Translations under genes and position numbers: made by a program
Part shown: in pieces, positions 17,861 through 30,053 of the stretch
Layout of the letters: each line of letters begins with the position of its first letter
Numbering within the stretch: position 1 is the first letter of the stretch
The notes under the pieces: model-generated
Seen by the model: only the letters and a program-made list of their open reading frames with translations
What the model was told of the DNA's origin: nothing
Database searches by the model: none
Source of the DNA: an uncultured Gammaproteobacteria bacterium
GTDB lineage: Bacteria; Pseudomonadota; Gammaproteobacteria; JAURND01
NCBI GenBank assembly: GCA_963797335.1
Contig: CAWCOU010000001.1
Span: 10,963-74,962, forward strand
Reading direction: 5' to 3'
Length of the DNA: 64,000 nt

Positions 17861-19240
17861 ATGACAATAGAAATCATGATAATAGAAGACATGGTGATTT
17901 TAAGATTTCGTGAAATTAAAAGAAGATGTTACTCAGTACCAATAAAACCATATTATCAGATGATCAATCAGCTCATAGATGAGTATCAGACTATTTCTGA
18001 AGTTCCCGATTCTAAAGCTAAATCTTTATTTGGTTCCATCCCTAGGAATGAGCACCCAACACGCATTTCATACCAAAACTGTAAATATCAATTACTGGTT
18101 TTAATTATCAATGAAATTCTGGAACTTGCCGACCCATTGTCTTTGTTAGCGCAACAGGCAAATCAATATCGAGAAGTCCTTTCTACGCTAATAGACACTT
18201 TGGGGGATCGTGATTTTTCAAGATTTAAATTTATCTTCCTTATCGTTATAGGAATAGTTGGATTAATTGGAAGTGGAATTTTGGGAGTTTTAACAGCAAA
18301 AGAGTCAGATAATCGAATCACAAACTCTATCTTTTCAGGTACTCCAGGATTGTTTGGTTTAGTTGGCCTTGGCTGTTTTTTTCACTTTAGGAGGCATGCT
18401 CTCGAACAGCAAGGACAAGCAGAAACGTTTATTGCTCAATTGCAACAGCTACCTCTCCATAAAATAGCATCAACTAGGTACAATGTGCGCTTGACTGACT
18501 TAGTGCATGATACCAATTTTGATATTCTACGTGTTATTGATTTGCTGCATAAAAATGAAAACCTAAGGTGCATGATACAGGCATGCTTGCAATCGGAGGA
18601 TGAGCTTCCTGAAACTGCCGCATCGAGTTCGTCAGCCAGTTTCTCTGAAGAAAAAAAATCCGTAATGCCATCCACTTTAGAACCTGGAGTCAATCAGGAT
18701 TTAGAACTTTATTTCATCAAGACTCAAGGGGAAAATATCTATGGTGGCCCTTATTGTGCGTGTTGCATTTCCACTCATATTCAAGCACAAAAAGTTCAAG
18801 GCATAACCCCCAATGATCCGCAATCTCGAAATCCAATTGTTTTTGATAGAGGAAGACCTATTTTTTACCCGTTGAACCATATTCTCAGTCAATGGGAAAA
18901 GGTTGTAAAAAAGTATCCTTTATTATTGAAGCCAGTCATTTTTTCCAGCGCTACGGAAAGTAAAGACATGAAAGTTACAACAACCCTACCAGAAGAAACA
19001 AAAGAAAATAAAGTAACTACAACCATCCCCGTAATGGTCGAAGAAGAAAACTCTACGATTCCTATCAGTGCAATTCGCACAAGTGAACACTCTGGATTAA
19101 CGAGAATACCATCACGTTCTTCCTTATTGCTTCGATTCCTGGACGCAAAGAACGCATTAAAGAATACACAAACAAACTCAGAAGATGAAAAAAACGAAAC
19201 CACAGACAATCATTATATACGCTTAGAGTCTCCAGATTGA
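17861..19240 (+). CDS. Hypothetical 2-TM protein, effector-like
   Basis: Two adjacent TM helices, CACC motif, S/T/E-rich C-terminus; AT-rich; exact start uncertain. Confidence 0.7.
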   Translation: MTIEIMIIEDMVILRFREIKRRCYSVPIKPYYQMINQLIDEYQTISEVPDSKAKSLFGSIPRNEHPTRISYQNCKYQLLVLIINEILELADPLSLLAQQANQYREVLSTLIDTLGDRDFSRFKFIFLIVIGIVGLIGSGILGVLTAKESDNRITNSIFSGTPGLFGLVGLGCFFHFRRHALEQQGQAETFIAQLQQLPLHKIASTRYNVRLTDLVHDTNFDILRVIDLLHKNENLRCMIQACLQSEDELPETAASSSSASFSEEKKSVMPSTLEPGVNQDLELYFIKTQGENIYGGPYCACCISTHIQAQKVQGITPNDPQSRNPIVFDRGRPIFYPLNHILSQWEKVVKKYPLLLKPVIFSSATESKDMKVTTTLPEETKENKVTTTIPVMVEEENSTIPISAIRTSEHSGLTRIPSRSSLLLRFLDAKNALKNTQTNSEDEKNETTDNHYIRLESPD

Positions 19241-19249
19241 TTCACATGA

Positions 19250-19545
19250 TTCCTTCTGTACCAACAGCTGCTGATTGGCCTGTAACTTGCGAGCTCGATT
19301 GGGCTGCAACTTGTTTTGAAATGGTGGCTCCAGGCGCTGGGCTAGTGTGGTTGCGAGTATTTCCAATAGGACGACGACGAAACGATGAGGTGTGTCGTGG
19401 TAAAAGGAATTGGAACGAAAGCCGAAGCCTCAGAGCGCCATCGTATCTAGGGTGAGGCGGGTCATGTCCGCGTGTACATCGACGGCATCATCCGGGTTCA
19501 GCCATTCTTTTCAGTATTATCGGACTGATGTTGAATATTCATGAC
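19250..19545 (-). pseudogene. Decayed fragment of a CYP102 (P450-BM3-like) cytochrome P450
   Basis: Minus-strand frame reads [41 protein letters not shown], compared with BM3 [43 protein letters not shown] (recalled); TGA at the Cys codon (19430-19432), frameshift upstream. Confidence 0.8.
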
Positions 19546-19605
19546 CGTGCTCCTCATCTGGATGATGGAAATTTTTTTCAGAATAGGCTTTTATTTTACC
19601 ACAGC

Positions 19606-21417
19606 TCATTCCCGAGAAGCCCGCTTCCTGTCAGTTTCTTTTAACCACTTCTTGCGTAAACGAATAAACGAAGGCGTTACTTCCACCAATTCATCGTCAT
19701 TAATAAATTCCAAGGCTTGTTCTAAGGACAAACGAATATGCGGAGTGAGGATAATGTTTTCATCGGCACTGGCGGCGCGGATATTGGTTAATTGTTTACC
19801 CTTAATCACGTTAACCACTAAGTCATTTTCTCTGGAATGAATGCCGACAATCATGCCTTCATAAACTTCCGTTTGCGGTGCGATCAGCATGCGGCCGCGT
19901 TCCTCTAGATTCCATAACGAGAAAGCCGTGGCTTTACCGGCTAAGTTGGCAATCATCACGCCATTTTTCCGCTCACCAATGGCCGCCTTTACCAACGGGC
20001 CGTAGTGATCGAAGACATGGTAAATCAGGCCGGTACCGGAAGTCGTGGTGAGAAATTCGGTGTGGAAACCAATTAAACCACGGGTGGGGATAATATAGTC
20101 CAAACGTACCCGACCTTTACCATCGGGTATCATATCGCGCATCTGGCCTTTTCGCTCCGCCAATTTCTCCATGATCGCGCCTTGATTCGCTTCCTCAATA
20201 TCCACCAATAAATTTTCGTAGGGCTCTTCCTGAATGTCGTTGACGGTACGAATAATCACTTCCGGTCGCGACACGCCCAGCTCAAAGCCTTCGCGACGCA
20301 TGGTTTCAATCAAAATACCTAAATGCAATTCACCACGACCCGACACGCGGAATTTATCCGGATCAGCCGTATCTTCGACGCGCAAAGCCACATTAGCGAT
20401 CAACTCCCGTTGCAAGCGATCGCGAATTTGCCGGCTGGTCACGTATTTACCATCACGACCCGACAAGGGCGAATTATTGACTTGAAACGTCATGCTCACC
20501 GTGGGTTCATCGACCGTCAGCGCCGGCAAGGCTTCCACACACGTGGGATCGCACAGCGTATCGGAGATGCGTAAATTCTCGATGCCGGTTACCGCAATGA
20601 TATTGCCGGCTTCGGCTTCCGGAATTTCTACTCGCTCTAAACCCTGATAACCCAATACCTGTAAAATACGCGTGGAACGGATTTTACCTTCGGCGTCGAT
20701 CAGTTGAATGGGTGTATTCGTTTTAATTTTGCCACGACGAATACGGCCAATACCAATGGCGCCGACATAGCTGGAATAATCCAAGGTACTGATTTGCATT
20801 TGAAACGGACCGTCGACATTGACATCTGGGGGGCATACTTTATCGACAATGGTTTGCAACAACGGCTTCATATCCGATTGGGGATTATTGAGGTCTAAAG
20901 TGGCATAACCCATTAACGCCGAGGTATAAACAATGGGGAAATCTAGTTGTTCGTGCGTTGCCCCCAAACGATCGAACAAATCAAACACTTGATCGACGAC
21001 CCAATCGGGGCTAGCGCCGGGTCTATCGATTTTATTGACGACCAGAATAGGTTTCAAACCGTGCTTAAATGCTTTTAGGGTCACAAAACGGGTTTGAGGC
21101 ATGGGACCGTCAACGGCATCGACCAGCAATAATACCGAATCCACCATCGATAAGATACGCTCCACCTCGCCGCCAAAATCGGCATGGCCAGGCGTGTCCA
21201 CAATATTAATTTGGTAGTCTTGCCATTGGATAGAGGTATTTTTACTCAGAATGGTAATGCCGCGCTCTTTTTCCAATACATTGGAATCCATGATGCGTTC
21301 AGTCTGCGCGACACGACCTTTGACGGTGCCGCTTTGTTGCAGTAATTTATCGACTAAGGTAGTCTTGCCATGATCCACGTGGGCGATAATGGCGATGTTT
21401 CGTAAGTGATTATTCAT
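19606..21417 (-). CDS. typA: Translational GTPase TypA/BipA
   Basis: [35 protein letters not shown] motifs; 603 aa. Confidence 0.98.
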   Translation of the reverse strand: MNNHLRNIAIIAHVDHGKTTLVDKLLQQSGTVKGRVAQTERIMDSNVLEKERGITILSKNTSIQWQDYQINIVDTPGHADFGGEVERILSMVDSVLLLVDAVDGPMPQTRFVTLKAFKHGLKPILVVNKIDRPGASPDWVVDQVFDLFDRLGATHEQLDFPIVYTSALMGYATLDLNNPQSDMKPLLQTIVDKVCPPDVNVDGPFQMQISTLDYSSYVGAIGIGRIRRGKIKTNTPIQLIDAEGKIRSTRILQVLGYQGLERVEIPEAEAGNIIAVTGIENLRISDTLCDPTCVEALPALTVDEPTVSMTFQVNNSPLSGRDGKYVTSRQIRDRLQRELIANVALRVEDTADPDKFRVSGRGELHLGILIETMRREGFELGVSRPEVIIRTVNDIQEEPYENLLVDIEEANQGAIMEKLAERKGQMRDMIPDGKGRVRLDYIIPTRGLIGFHTEFLTTTSGTGLIYHVFDHYGPLVKAAIGERKNGVMIANLAGKATAFSLWNLEERGRMLIAPQTEVYEGMIVGIHSRENDLVVNVIKGKQLTNIRAASADENIILTPHIRLSLEQALEFINDDELVEVTPSFIRLRKKWLKETDRKRASRE

Positions 21418-21581
21418 GATAGGTTAGCGATCATTTTTGGGAGTCAGTCGGGCGGCTAGTTTAGCCGATTATTGAAAGAAATACAGCAATTTGCCATATT
21501 AAATCGTCACTGCTCACTTTCAAATAGCACACGCCATCCTCCTCCCAACTCCCAGAGGTGATAGTGTACAAAGGAAAACCT

Positions 21582-22895
21582 ATGTTAGAAAATGCCCAAG
21601 AATACGCCAAACGGCGCGCCCAGCTTTGCAAAGCCATCGGTTTTGATAGCATTGCCATTATTTCATCCGCAAATGAGTACCTACGCAACGGCGATTCCCA
21701 TTACCTGTTTCGGCAGAACAGTGATTTTTATTATTTGACCGGGTTTGCAGAACCGGAAGCAGTGGCGGTATTTGTGCCAGGACGAAAAGAAGGTGAGTTC
21801 ATCCTCTTTAATCGCGTGCGCGATCCCTCTGTCGAAGTATGGGATGGTCCGCGTGCCGGCCAACAGGGTGCCAAAGAAATCTACGGAGCCGATCAATCTT
21901 TTCCCATCCATGAATTGGATCAACACTTACCGCAGTTATTAGAAAATCGTCACAGTATATACTATCCCATTGGTCGAGATATGGCCTTCAATCGCCGCGT
22001 TTTATCTTGGCTTGCCAAAGTTCAGGCCAAGGTACGTAGCGGTATTCAAGCTCCCCAAGGATTATTTAATATCGAAAGCATTCTCCACGAAATGCGTTTA
22101 ATCAAAAGCGAATCAGAACTCAAAATCATGCGTGAAGCAGCAAATATCTCGGCTGCGGCTCATACTCGAGCGATGCAACAATGCCGCCCGGGTATGAAGG
22201 AATACCACTTAGAAGCGGAAATACAATATGAATTTATCCGCCGTGGCAGCCGTGCACCAGCCTATAGCTTTATCGTTGGCACTGGCCGTAACAGTTGCGT
22301 TTTACATTACAATGATAATAACGCCACTATCCAAGATGGCGATCTGGTCTTAATCGATGCCGGTTGTGAATACCAACACTATGCTTCCGATATCACCCGC
22401 ACGTTTCCAGCCAATGGCCGTTTTACGGAACCGCAGCGGGCGATATACGAAGTGGTATTGGCTGCTCAAGAGGCCATTATTGCCGAAATAAAACCCGGTG
22501 TGGCCTGGAATCATCTGGAAGCGACCTGCGACCGTGTTATATCGGAGGGCTTGGTCCGCGTCGGATTACTTCAGGGTGATGCCAAAGAATTGGCCCAGCG
22601 GCAGATGCATAAACGTTTTTACATGCACCGCTTCGGGCATTGGCTGGGTATTGATGTCCACGATTGTGGCGCTTATAAAGTGAAAAACGCCTGGCGAACC
22701 CTAGAACCGGGTATGGTGTTCACGGTGGAACCTGGCATTTACATTCCGGAAAACAGCGAAGGCGTGGCTGAAAAATGGTGGAATATCGGTGTGCGCATTG
22801 AAGACGATGTTGCCGTAACCGCTACGGGCTGTGAGGTGCTGACCAAAGCCGTGCCAAAAACTATTTCAGAAATTGAAGCAACCATGGCAAACTAA
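21582..22895 (+). CDS. pepP: Xaa-Pro aminopeptidase
   Basis: FRQNSDFYYLTGF, DAGCEY..YASDITRTFP, HWLGIDVHD, EPGIY, RIEDD; ATG 21582 with AAGGA SD. Confidence 0.97.
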   Translation: MLENAQEYAKRRAQLCKAIGFDSIAIISSANEYLRNGDSHYLFRQNSDFYYLTGFAEPEAVAVFVPGRKEGEFILFNRVRDPSVEVWDGPRAGQQGAKEIYGADQSFPIHELDQHLPQLLENRHSIYYPIGRDMAFNRRVLSWLAKVQAKVRSGIQAPQGLFNIESILHEMRLIKSESELKIMREAANISAAAHTRAMQQCRPGMKEYHLEAEIQYEFIRRGSRAPAYSFIVGTGRNSCVLHYNDNNATIQDGDLVLIDAGCEYQHYASDITRTFPANGRFTEPQRAIYEVVLAAQEAIIAEIKPGVAWNHLEATCDRVISEGLVRVGLLQGDAKELAQRQMHKRFYMHRFGHWLGIDVHDCGAYKVKNAWRTLEPGMVFTVEPGIYIPENSEGVAEKWWNIGVRIEDDVAVTATGCEVLTKAVPKTISEIEATMAN

Positions 22896-22915
22896 AGACT
22901 AAGAAGGAAAGCTTT

Positions 22916-23704
22916 ATGATCCAATATGCCAAATCACCTTTATCACTGAGACAAACCATTGAATCGGTGCTTCTTGCCTATCCGGTGATCTTTCGTGTCA
23001 CTTTTCTATTAGTTATCGTATCAGCCGTAGGTCACCTCATCGTACCGGAGTTTTTTATACTCAATACCGCGTTTGGTGCAGTGGCCACATTGGCATTTAT
23101 ACTGTACACCTGGTTTTTCTTCACCGCGATTTTATCGATAGGGCATGTGGCGTTGCAGGGCGGTCATATGAAGTTTAAAGCTGCTTTTCGCATTGCCAGG
23201 CAGCATTATCTGTGGGTGCTGGCCAGCAATATTTTATTTTTTGCCATCGGTTTATTTTTGCTGTTAATTGAATATGCGTTAGACCTGCTGTTCGATATTT
23301 TCCAACAACACCCAGCATTCGCCGTGCTAAGCGTGATCATCGATGTCTATCTTTTTGTGATTCTCTACTTCGCCATTCCGCTGATTATTTTAGACCATGC
23401 GCGTGTGATAGAAGCCTTCGAGCAAAGCGTGCGCCTGGTCAAACATAATTGGTGGCGAACCTTCATCGTGCTAGCCTTTGTCGGTTGCGTGATGCTCGGT
23501 TTTGAAGCACTGGGCATTTTATTCAGTGGCAAAGCCAGGATATTATTATTCACCGTCGGTCATTTTTTATTAGAAGTGATTTGTTATCCCTTAATCGTTT
23601 CTGCCACACTGATTTTATTGCATGATTTGAAACTGCGATTTCAAGCCAAGGAAAATATATCGGCGTCAACCCCTATGAAAAAACACAGCCATAGTCACTC
23701 GTGA
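22916..23704 (+). CDS. Multi-pass membrane protein (YciC-like), paralog of 45125..46012
   Basis: AFEQSVRLVKHNWWRTF and terminal HDLKLR, shared with the 45125 ORF (QSFYLVKGRWWATF; HDLKVR). Confidence 0.75.
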   Translation: MIQYAKSPLSLRQTIESVLLAYPVIFRVTFLLVIVSAVGHLIVPEFFILNTAFGAVATLAFILYTWFFFTAILSIGHVALQGGHMKFKAAFRIARQHYLWVLASNILFFAIGLFLLLIEYALDLLFDIFQQHPAFAVLSVIIDVYLFVILYFAIPLIILDHARVIEAFEQSVRLVKHNWWRTFIVLAFVGCVMLGFEALGILFSGKARILLFTVGHFLLEVICYPLIVSATLILLHDLKLRFQAKENISASTPMKKHSHSHS

Positions 23705-25020
23705 AAACGATGAGGCAAGAAAATACATTTGATCTGGTCATCGTCGGCGGCGGTTTAGCCGGCGCTAGCTTGGCGTTGGCGCTAGTCGATCAGCCGCTAA
23801 AAATAGCGGTGATTGAGGCAAAAGACGAACTGCGACCCGATGACAGAGCCCTGGCGCTTTCTTTCTCCAGTGCGTTGATCTTAAAAAATATCGGCATCTG
23901 GACTGCGATTGCGCCCCAAGCAACGCCTATTCTCTCCGTGCACGTCTCGGATGCAAACCATTTTAATCGTGTGCGGATGACCGCGGCGGAATTAAATACA
24001 CCGGCATTGGGCTATGTCATCTTAGCGCAAGCCATCTTAAACCACGTGCAACAACAAGTACGGCAACGTTCGGAAATCACCTGGATTTGCCCGGCGCAAT
24101 TGCAAGCTGCGCAACGCAGTGACTCCGGTTACGAGCTACAATTGGCCACTGCACAAGGTGATCGTACTGTCCATACTCGATTACTCGTTGCTGCCGATGG
24201 CAGTGATTCACCGACACGACAGTGTTTGGGGATTACCACCAGCCAGCAGGAATACCCGGAAATGGCGGTTTCTTGCCGTATCACAGCAGCAGAACATCAC
24301 GGTGTTGCCTTCGAACGTTTTAGCCCAGCGGGAATACTGGCGGCGCTGCCAGTCGCTCCGCAGGAGCGCGTCGTCATTTGGACGGTGCCACGCGCGAAGG
24401 CGGAACAGTTGTTACAAATGGATTCGCAGGCTTTTCAAGAAACCTTGCAACAGGCCTGGGGTTATCGTTTAGGCGCCATCCGCCAGGTGATGTCTCGTCG
24501 CGCATTTCCTCTGCGCAGTATGAAGGCAAATCAATCGATACTACCCGGTGCGCTGTTGTTGGGCAATGCCGCTCATACCTTGCATCCGGTTGCTGCCCAA
24601 GGTTTCAATTTAACCCTGCGTGATATCGCGGTATTAGCGGAAGTCATTGCCAATGCGGTGAGCGCGGGAAAAAATCCCGGTGATTTATCGGTGTTAGAAG
24701 AATACCAACAACGCCGCAGCGCCGAGCAACAACAATTACTGTGGGCAACCGATGGCTTGGTTTCTCTGTTCTCCAGCACTTGGTTGCCCTTCGTGCTCGG
24801 CCGCAATATGGGCTTACTCGGCCTCACGGTATTGCCTCCGCTCAAACGAGTGTTTGCGAAAAAGGCCATGGGCCTTTCTGGCGCTCTACCGAAATTAGTG
24901 CGTGGGGTTGCTTTGTTAACTGACCCCATAGGTGACAAATCACTTCTTTCTTCTTTTACTAAATCAGGAGATCAAATCAATGGAAACATCCAAGCAAAAA
25001 AAACTATCCAGTCTCGATGA
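23701..25020 (+). CDS. ubiH: 2-octaprenyl-6-methoxyphenol hydroxylase (UbiH family FAD monooxygenase)
   Basis: IVGGGLAG, LLVAADG, LGNAAHTLHPVAAQGFNLTLRD; follows pepP; extended C-terminus overlaps the next gene. Confidence 0.9.
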   Translation: MKTMRQENTFDLVIVGGGLAGASLALALVDQPLKIAVIEAKDELRPDDRALALSFSSALILKNIGIWTAIAPQATPILSVHVSDANHFNRVRMTAAELNTPALGYVILAQAILNHVQQQVRQRSEITWICPAQLQAAQRSDSGYELQLATAQGDRTVHTRLLVAADGSDSPTRQCLGITTSQQEYPEMAVSCRITAAEHHGVAFERFSPAGILAALPVAPQERVVIWTVPRAKAEQLLQMDSQAFQETLQQAWGYRLGAIRQVMSRRAFPLRSMKANQSILPGALLLGNAAHTLHPVAAQGFNLTLRDIAVLAEVIANAVSAGKNPGDLSVLEEYQQRRSAEQQQLLWATDGLVSLFSSTWLPFVLGRNMGLLGLTVLPPLKRVFAKKAMGLSGALPKLVRGVALLTDPIGDKSLLSSFTKSGDQINGNIQAKKTIQSR

Positions 25021-25522
25021 CATAAAAAAAATGGCCCGGCAATCCATCGAAGATGGCGCTGTGACCAAAGACTATCCCTTGGATTTGGAAAAAGCATATC
25101 AGCTACTCAATGCGGCACTGGGCACCGAAATTATGTGCGTTCTACGCTATCGCCATCACCAAGTCATCGCCAAAGGAATCGACCGTCCCCAGGTCGCTGC
25201 AGAATTCGAAGAACATGCCATGGATGAAGAACGCCATATGATGATGATCGCCGAGCGAATCAATCAACTCGGCGGAAACCCCGACTTTAATCCAGCCACC
25301 GTTGCGCAACGAACGGCCACAGAATACGGCCAAGGCACTGATATACTCAAATTGATTGAAGAAGACCTGGTAGCCGAAAGAATCGCCATCATGGTCTATC
25401 GAGAAATGATAGACTGGTTCGGCACCGACGACCCCACTACCCGGCGCATGCTCGAAGAAATTCTAAAAGACGAAGAAGACCACGCCGACGATCTGGCTGA
25501 TTTATTAAACATCAAAAAATGA
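24980..25522 (+). CDS. Ferritin-like/bacterioferritin-family di-iron protein
   Basis: ALGTEIMCVLRY, DEERH, EDLVAERIA, DEEDH di-iron motifs; ATG 24980 with AGGAG SD. Confidence 0.88.
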   Translation: METSKQKKLSSLDDIKKMARQSIEDGAVTKDYPLDLEKAYQLLNAALGTEIMCVLRYRHHQVIAKGIDRPQVAAEFEEHAMDEERHMMMIAERINQLGGNPDFNPATVAQRTATEYGQGTDILKLIEEDLVAERIAIMVYREMIDWFGTDDPTTRRMLEEILKDEEDHADDLADLLNIKK

Positions 25523-25527
25523 CCCCT

Positions 25528-25702
25528 GGGTTGGGGGAGGGCGAATGGATAACGCGAGACTTTACCCTCTCCCCTAACCCTCTCCCGCGAATAGGTTTGC
25601 AGCTTTTGCCCAAACTCCTCGCGCGAGAGAGGGGGTTTACAGTGCTAATCGTTAATCCAGTGCCTACTCAGTTGACTAAAAAAGATGTGTGCATACCTTA
25701 GG
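25528..25702. mobile_element. Half copy of MITE family B (one TIR)
   Basis: Matches the reverse complement of 59233-59410; ends in a degenerate TIR ...GATGTGTGCATACCTTAGG abutting the Rpn stop codon. Confidence 0.85.
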
Positions 25703-25703
25703 C

Positions 25704-26546
25704 CTATAATTCCTCGATTTCCTCAACAGAAAGCTCAATAAGCGAAGCAATTTCTTTTTTGTCTAGACCCTTATTCAACAATTTACGCACAACTCCCTGT
25801 TTTGCATGAAGCATGCCTTCTTCCCACCCTTTTTTCTTGGCTCCATAAACCAATGTTTTTTCAATACTGACGGCATCCCAATATTTGTCATATGATGTTA
25901 ATTCGGCAGGCGTATAAGCTGATTCCTCCGCCAAATCCACCGCTTTTTTAATTTCTGGAACAGTTAACCATTCATCGGGAATCTGTTGGGATTTTTCATT
26001 TAATTCCGACATAAAACGCAACCACAAAATATGTAATTTTTTTTCTTGAATATTCTTCGCCTTAAATTTAGGCAGTTCAATAAAAATTAACTGCAAATCT
26101 TTAATTTCAGCTTTCTGTGGTTTGGCGACATTCACGATTTTATAATGATGGTACCAATCGCTGTCATCGGGCTCAAATACCGTATTAATTAATCCCAAGC
26201 CATACACAGGTCTTAATAACTCATACTGTTCTCCTTTCTCCAATTGGGTCACATAGGCTTTACTGGCATTAAATAGCATGCGTTGCATAAAACCAGTGGT
26301 CCACTGGATTTGCATTTCGACAATAAATACGCGGCCTTGTTGGTCAGTACATCGCACATCGACAACGGTATATTTGAAGCTGGGGATGCGTGGCACTTGT
26401 TCACTGGGTAGGTATTCTAGATTTTGGATCAAACCATCGTAAGGAAGAGGGAGCACGGAGTTGAGGAAGCTCTTCAACAACTCCGGGTGTTGACCAAAGA
26501 TTTTTTTAAAAACGATATCGGTTTTTGGATCAAGGTAGCGTGCCAT
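25704..26546 (-). CDS. Rpn family recombination-promoting PD-(D/E)XK nuclease/putative transposase
   Basis: YLDPKTDIVFKKIFG, VDVRCTD..GRVFIVEMQ, FIELPKF; ATG 26546 with GGAGGA SD. Confidence 0.92.
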   Translation of the reverse strand: MARYLDPKTDIVFKKIFGQHPELLKSFLNSVLPLPYDGLIQNLEYLPSEQVPRIPSFKYTVVDVRCTDQQGRVFIVEMQIQWTTGFMQRMLFNASKAYVTQLEKGEQYELLRPVYGLGLINTVFEPDDSDWYHHYKIVNVAKPQKAEIKDLQLIFIELPKFKAKNIQEKKLHILWLRFMSELNEKSQQIPDEWLTVPEIKKAVDLAEESAYTPAELTSYDKYWDAVSIEKTLVYGAKKKGWEEGMLHAKQGVVRKLLNKGLDKKEIASLIELSVEEIEEL

Positions 26547-26656
26547 AAAATCCTCCATGGGTAACCAACTAAATGATTCCCTGAGAATGTCTGGTTAGCC
26601 ATGAACTGTCAATACCGTATTTCCTGAAGCTCCCTGCACATAAAATCCGTACTTAA

Positions 26657-27832
26657 TTATTTTAGGCTGGAGCTACTGGAAGAGGATGAGCCATTATTGG
26701 GTTCAGGAGATTTTCTTTTACGAGTTTTACCATCCGGGGTTGGAATAGGTGGAAACAATGAACTAGTTGAGCTACTGGAGAATTGGCTTCGGCTTGAAGA
26801 AGAACTCCTGCTGCTGGAAGAGGAATGGAGTAACGGTAACGGTTCAGTTCGTGTGGAATAGGTTGTGTTGGCACGGAAACTTGGATGCGGTGTGGAGGAG
26901 GAACGCGAAAATTTCAGATCGTTGTGACCTTGGGCTGACGTAGAAGTAGTTAAGGATTGGCTTTGGTCATTGACGCTGTGTGCCTGAGGTCTTCTGGTTC
27001 TCTTTTTACTATCCTTGGATTCTGCTGAGCTTTGAGTTGGTTCTAGCTGAGCAGCACTTTGGCGATCCTGCGCAGCTAATTCTGCCTGTCCTAAAGTTTC
27101 ATAGGCTATGGCTCGTCTAGCATAATAATCAGAATATTCAGGACAAACACGAATACAGGCAGACAGGGTATGGATGATGGCGGGCGCATGATCTGGATCC
27201 TCTAGTTCCTCTTCTCGCTCGGCTAGATAGTTACACCAATGGTCTAAGTTACCTCGATCTTCGCTGGAGTATTTTTCATTCTGCATCCTAATGTCAGCTT
27301 CTGCGTAATCCCTCTGACTTTCGGAGCTCCTGCCCGTCAGGGCATAAGTCAGTGCACGAAAGAAATAAAATTCAGCTTTAGGCTGAAATTGAATAAGTGT
27401 CGTCCATTGATCAATCGCTGCTAGGTATTTATCCATCACTATTAAGTTTAAAGCTCGAAGCTTCTGAGCAACCATATTTTGGGGATTATATTGGAGAGCT
27501 TTATCAAAATCATGAATAGAAACATAACTGTCAACTTCTAGCCCATCCAGGCAAAACTGTCCTCGTAGGCAATAACAATCACTTAATATTAAAGAATCAT
27601 ATGAAGCGGTTTCCTTTGTTTTATGCGACTCCATTAATTTGATTGCCCTATTAATATCAACTTCCGCGAGACGATCATCATCACCTGCCACCATAAACTG
27701 CTTACCTCGTTTATAATAAACCCTTGCCAATTGGAACGCTTGATCGTGAAGTTCACTGCTAAAATTAGCGATGACCTTAGCGCTTGCTGGATTGAGTGAT
27801 GACGGGGCTTCTGAATGAGTGTCCATAGACAA
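26657..27832 (-). CDS. TPR protein with Ser-rich tail and basic cluster (effector-like)
   Basis: TPR helices (YYKRG, YCLRG, FYFFRA, YYARRA); C-terminal poly-Ser and KTRKRK. Confidence 0.8.
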   Translation of the reverse strand: MSMDTHSEAPSSLNPASAKVIANFSSELHDQAFQLARVYYKRGKQFMVAGDDDRLAEVDINRAIKLMESHKTKETASYDSLILSDCYCLRGQFCLDGLEVDSYVSIHDFDKALQYNPQNMVAQKLRALNLIVMDKYLAAIDQWTTLIQFQPKAEFYFFRALTYALTGRSSESQRDYAEADIRMQNEKYSSEDRGNLDHWCNYLAEREEELEDPDHAPAIIHTLSACIRVCPEYSDYYARRAIAYETLGQAELAAQDRQSAAQLEPTQSSAESKDSKKRTRRPQAHSVNDQSQSLTTSTSAQGHNDLKFSRSSSTPHPSFRANTTYSTRTEPLPLLHSSSSSRSSSSSRSQFSSSSTSSLFPPIPTPDGKTRKRKSPEPNNGSSSSSSSSLK

Positions 27833-27889
27833 TATCCTCTCAGCTAGTTTACAGTAATAATTATTATCAGGGCTTAGTTTTTTTAAAAA

Positions 27890-29979
<2,090 letters not shown>

Positions 29980-30053
29980 GTCTAGCTCCTGATTTCAATG
30001 GTGTCACAACGGGTAGTCTCACGCCGTCGTCACGCGACGACGACGTGAAGGGA

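Noticed and set aside
19237-19455. 72-aa plus-strand ORF
   Set aside because: Antisense shadow of the P450 remnant
24900-25020. Functional C-terminal extension of UbiH
   Set aside because: Most simply a lost stop after ...VRGVAL running into the next gene; no recognisable domain
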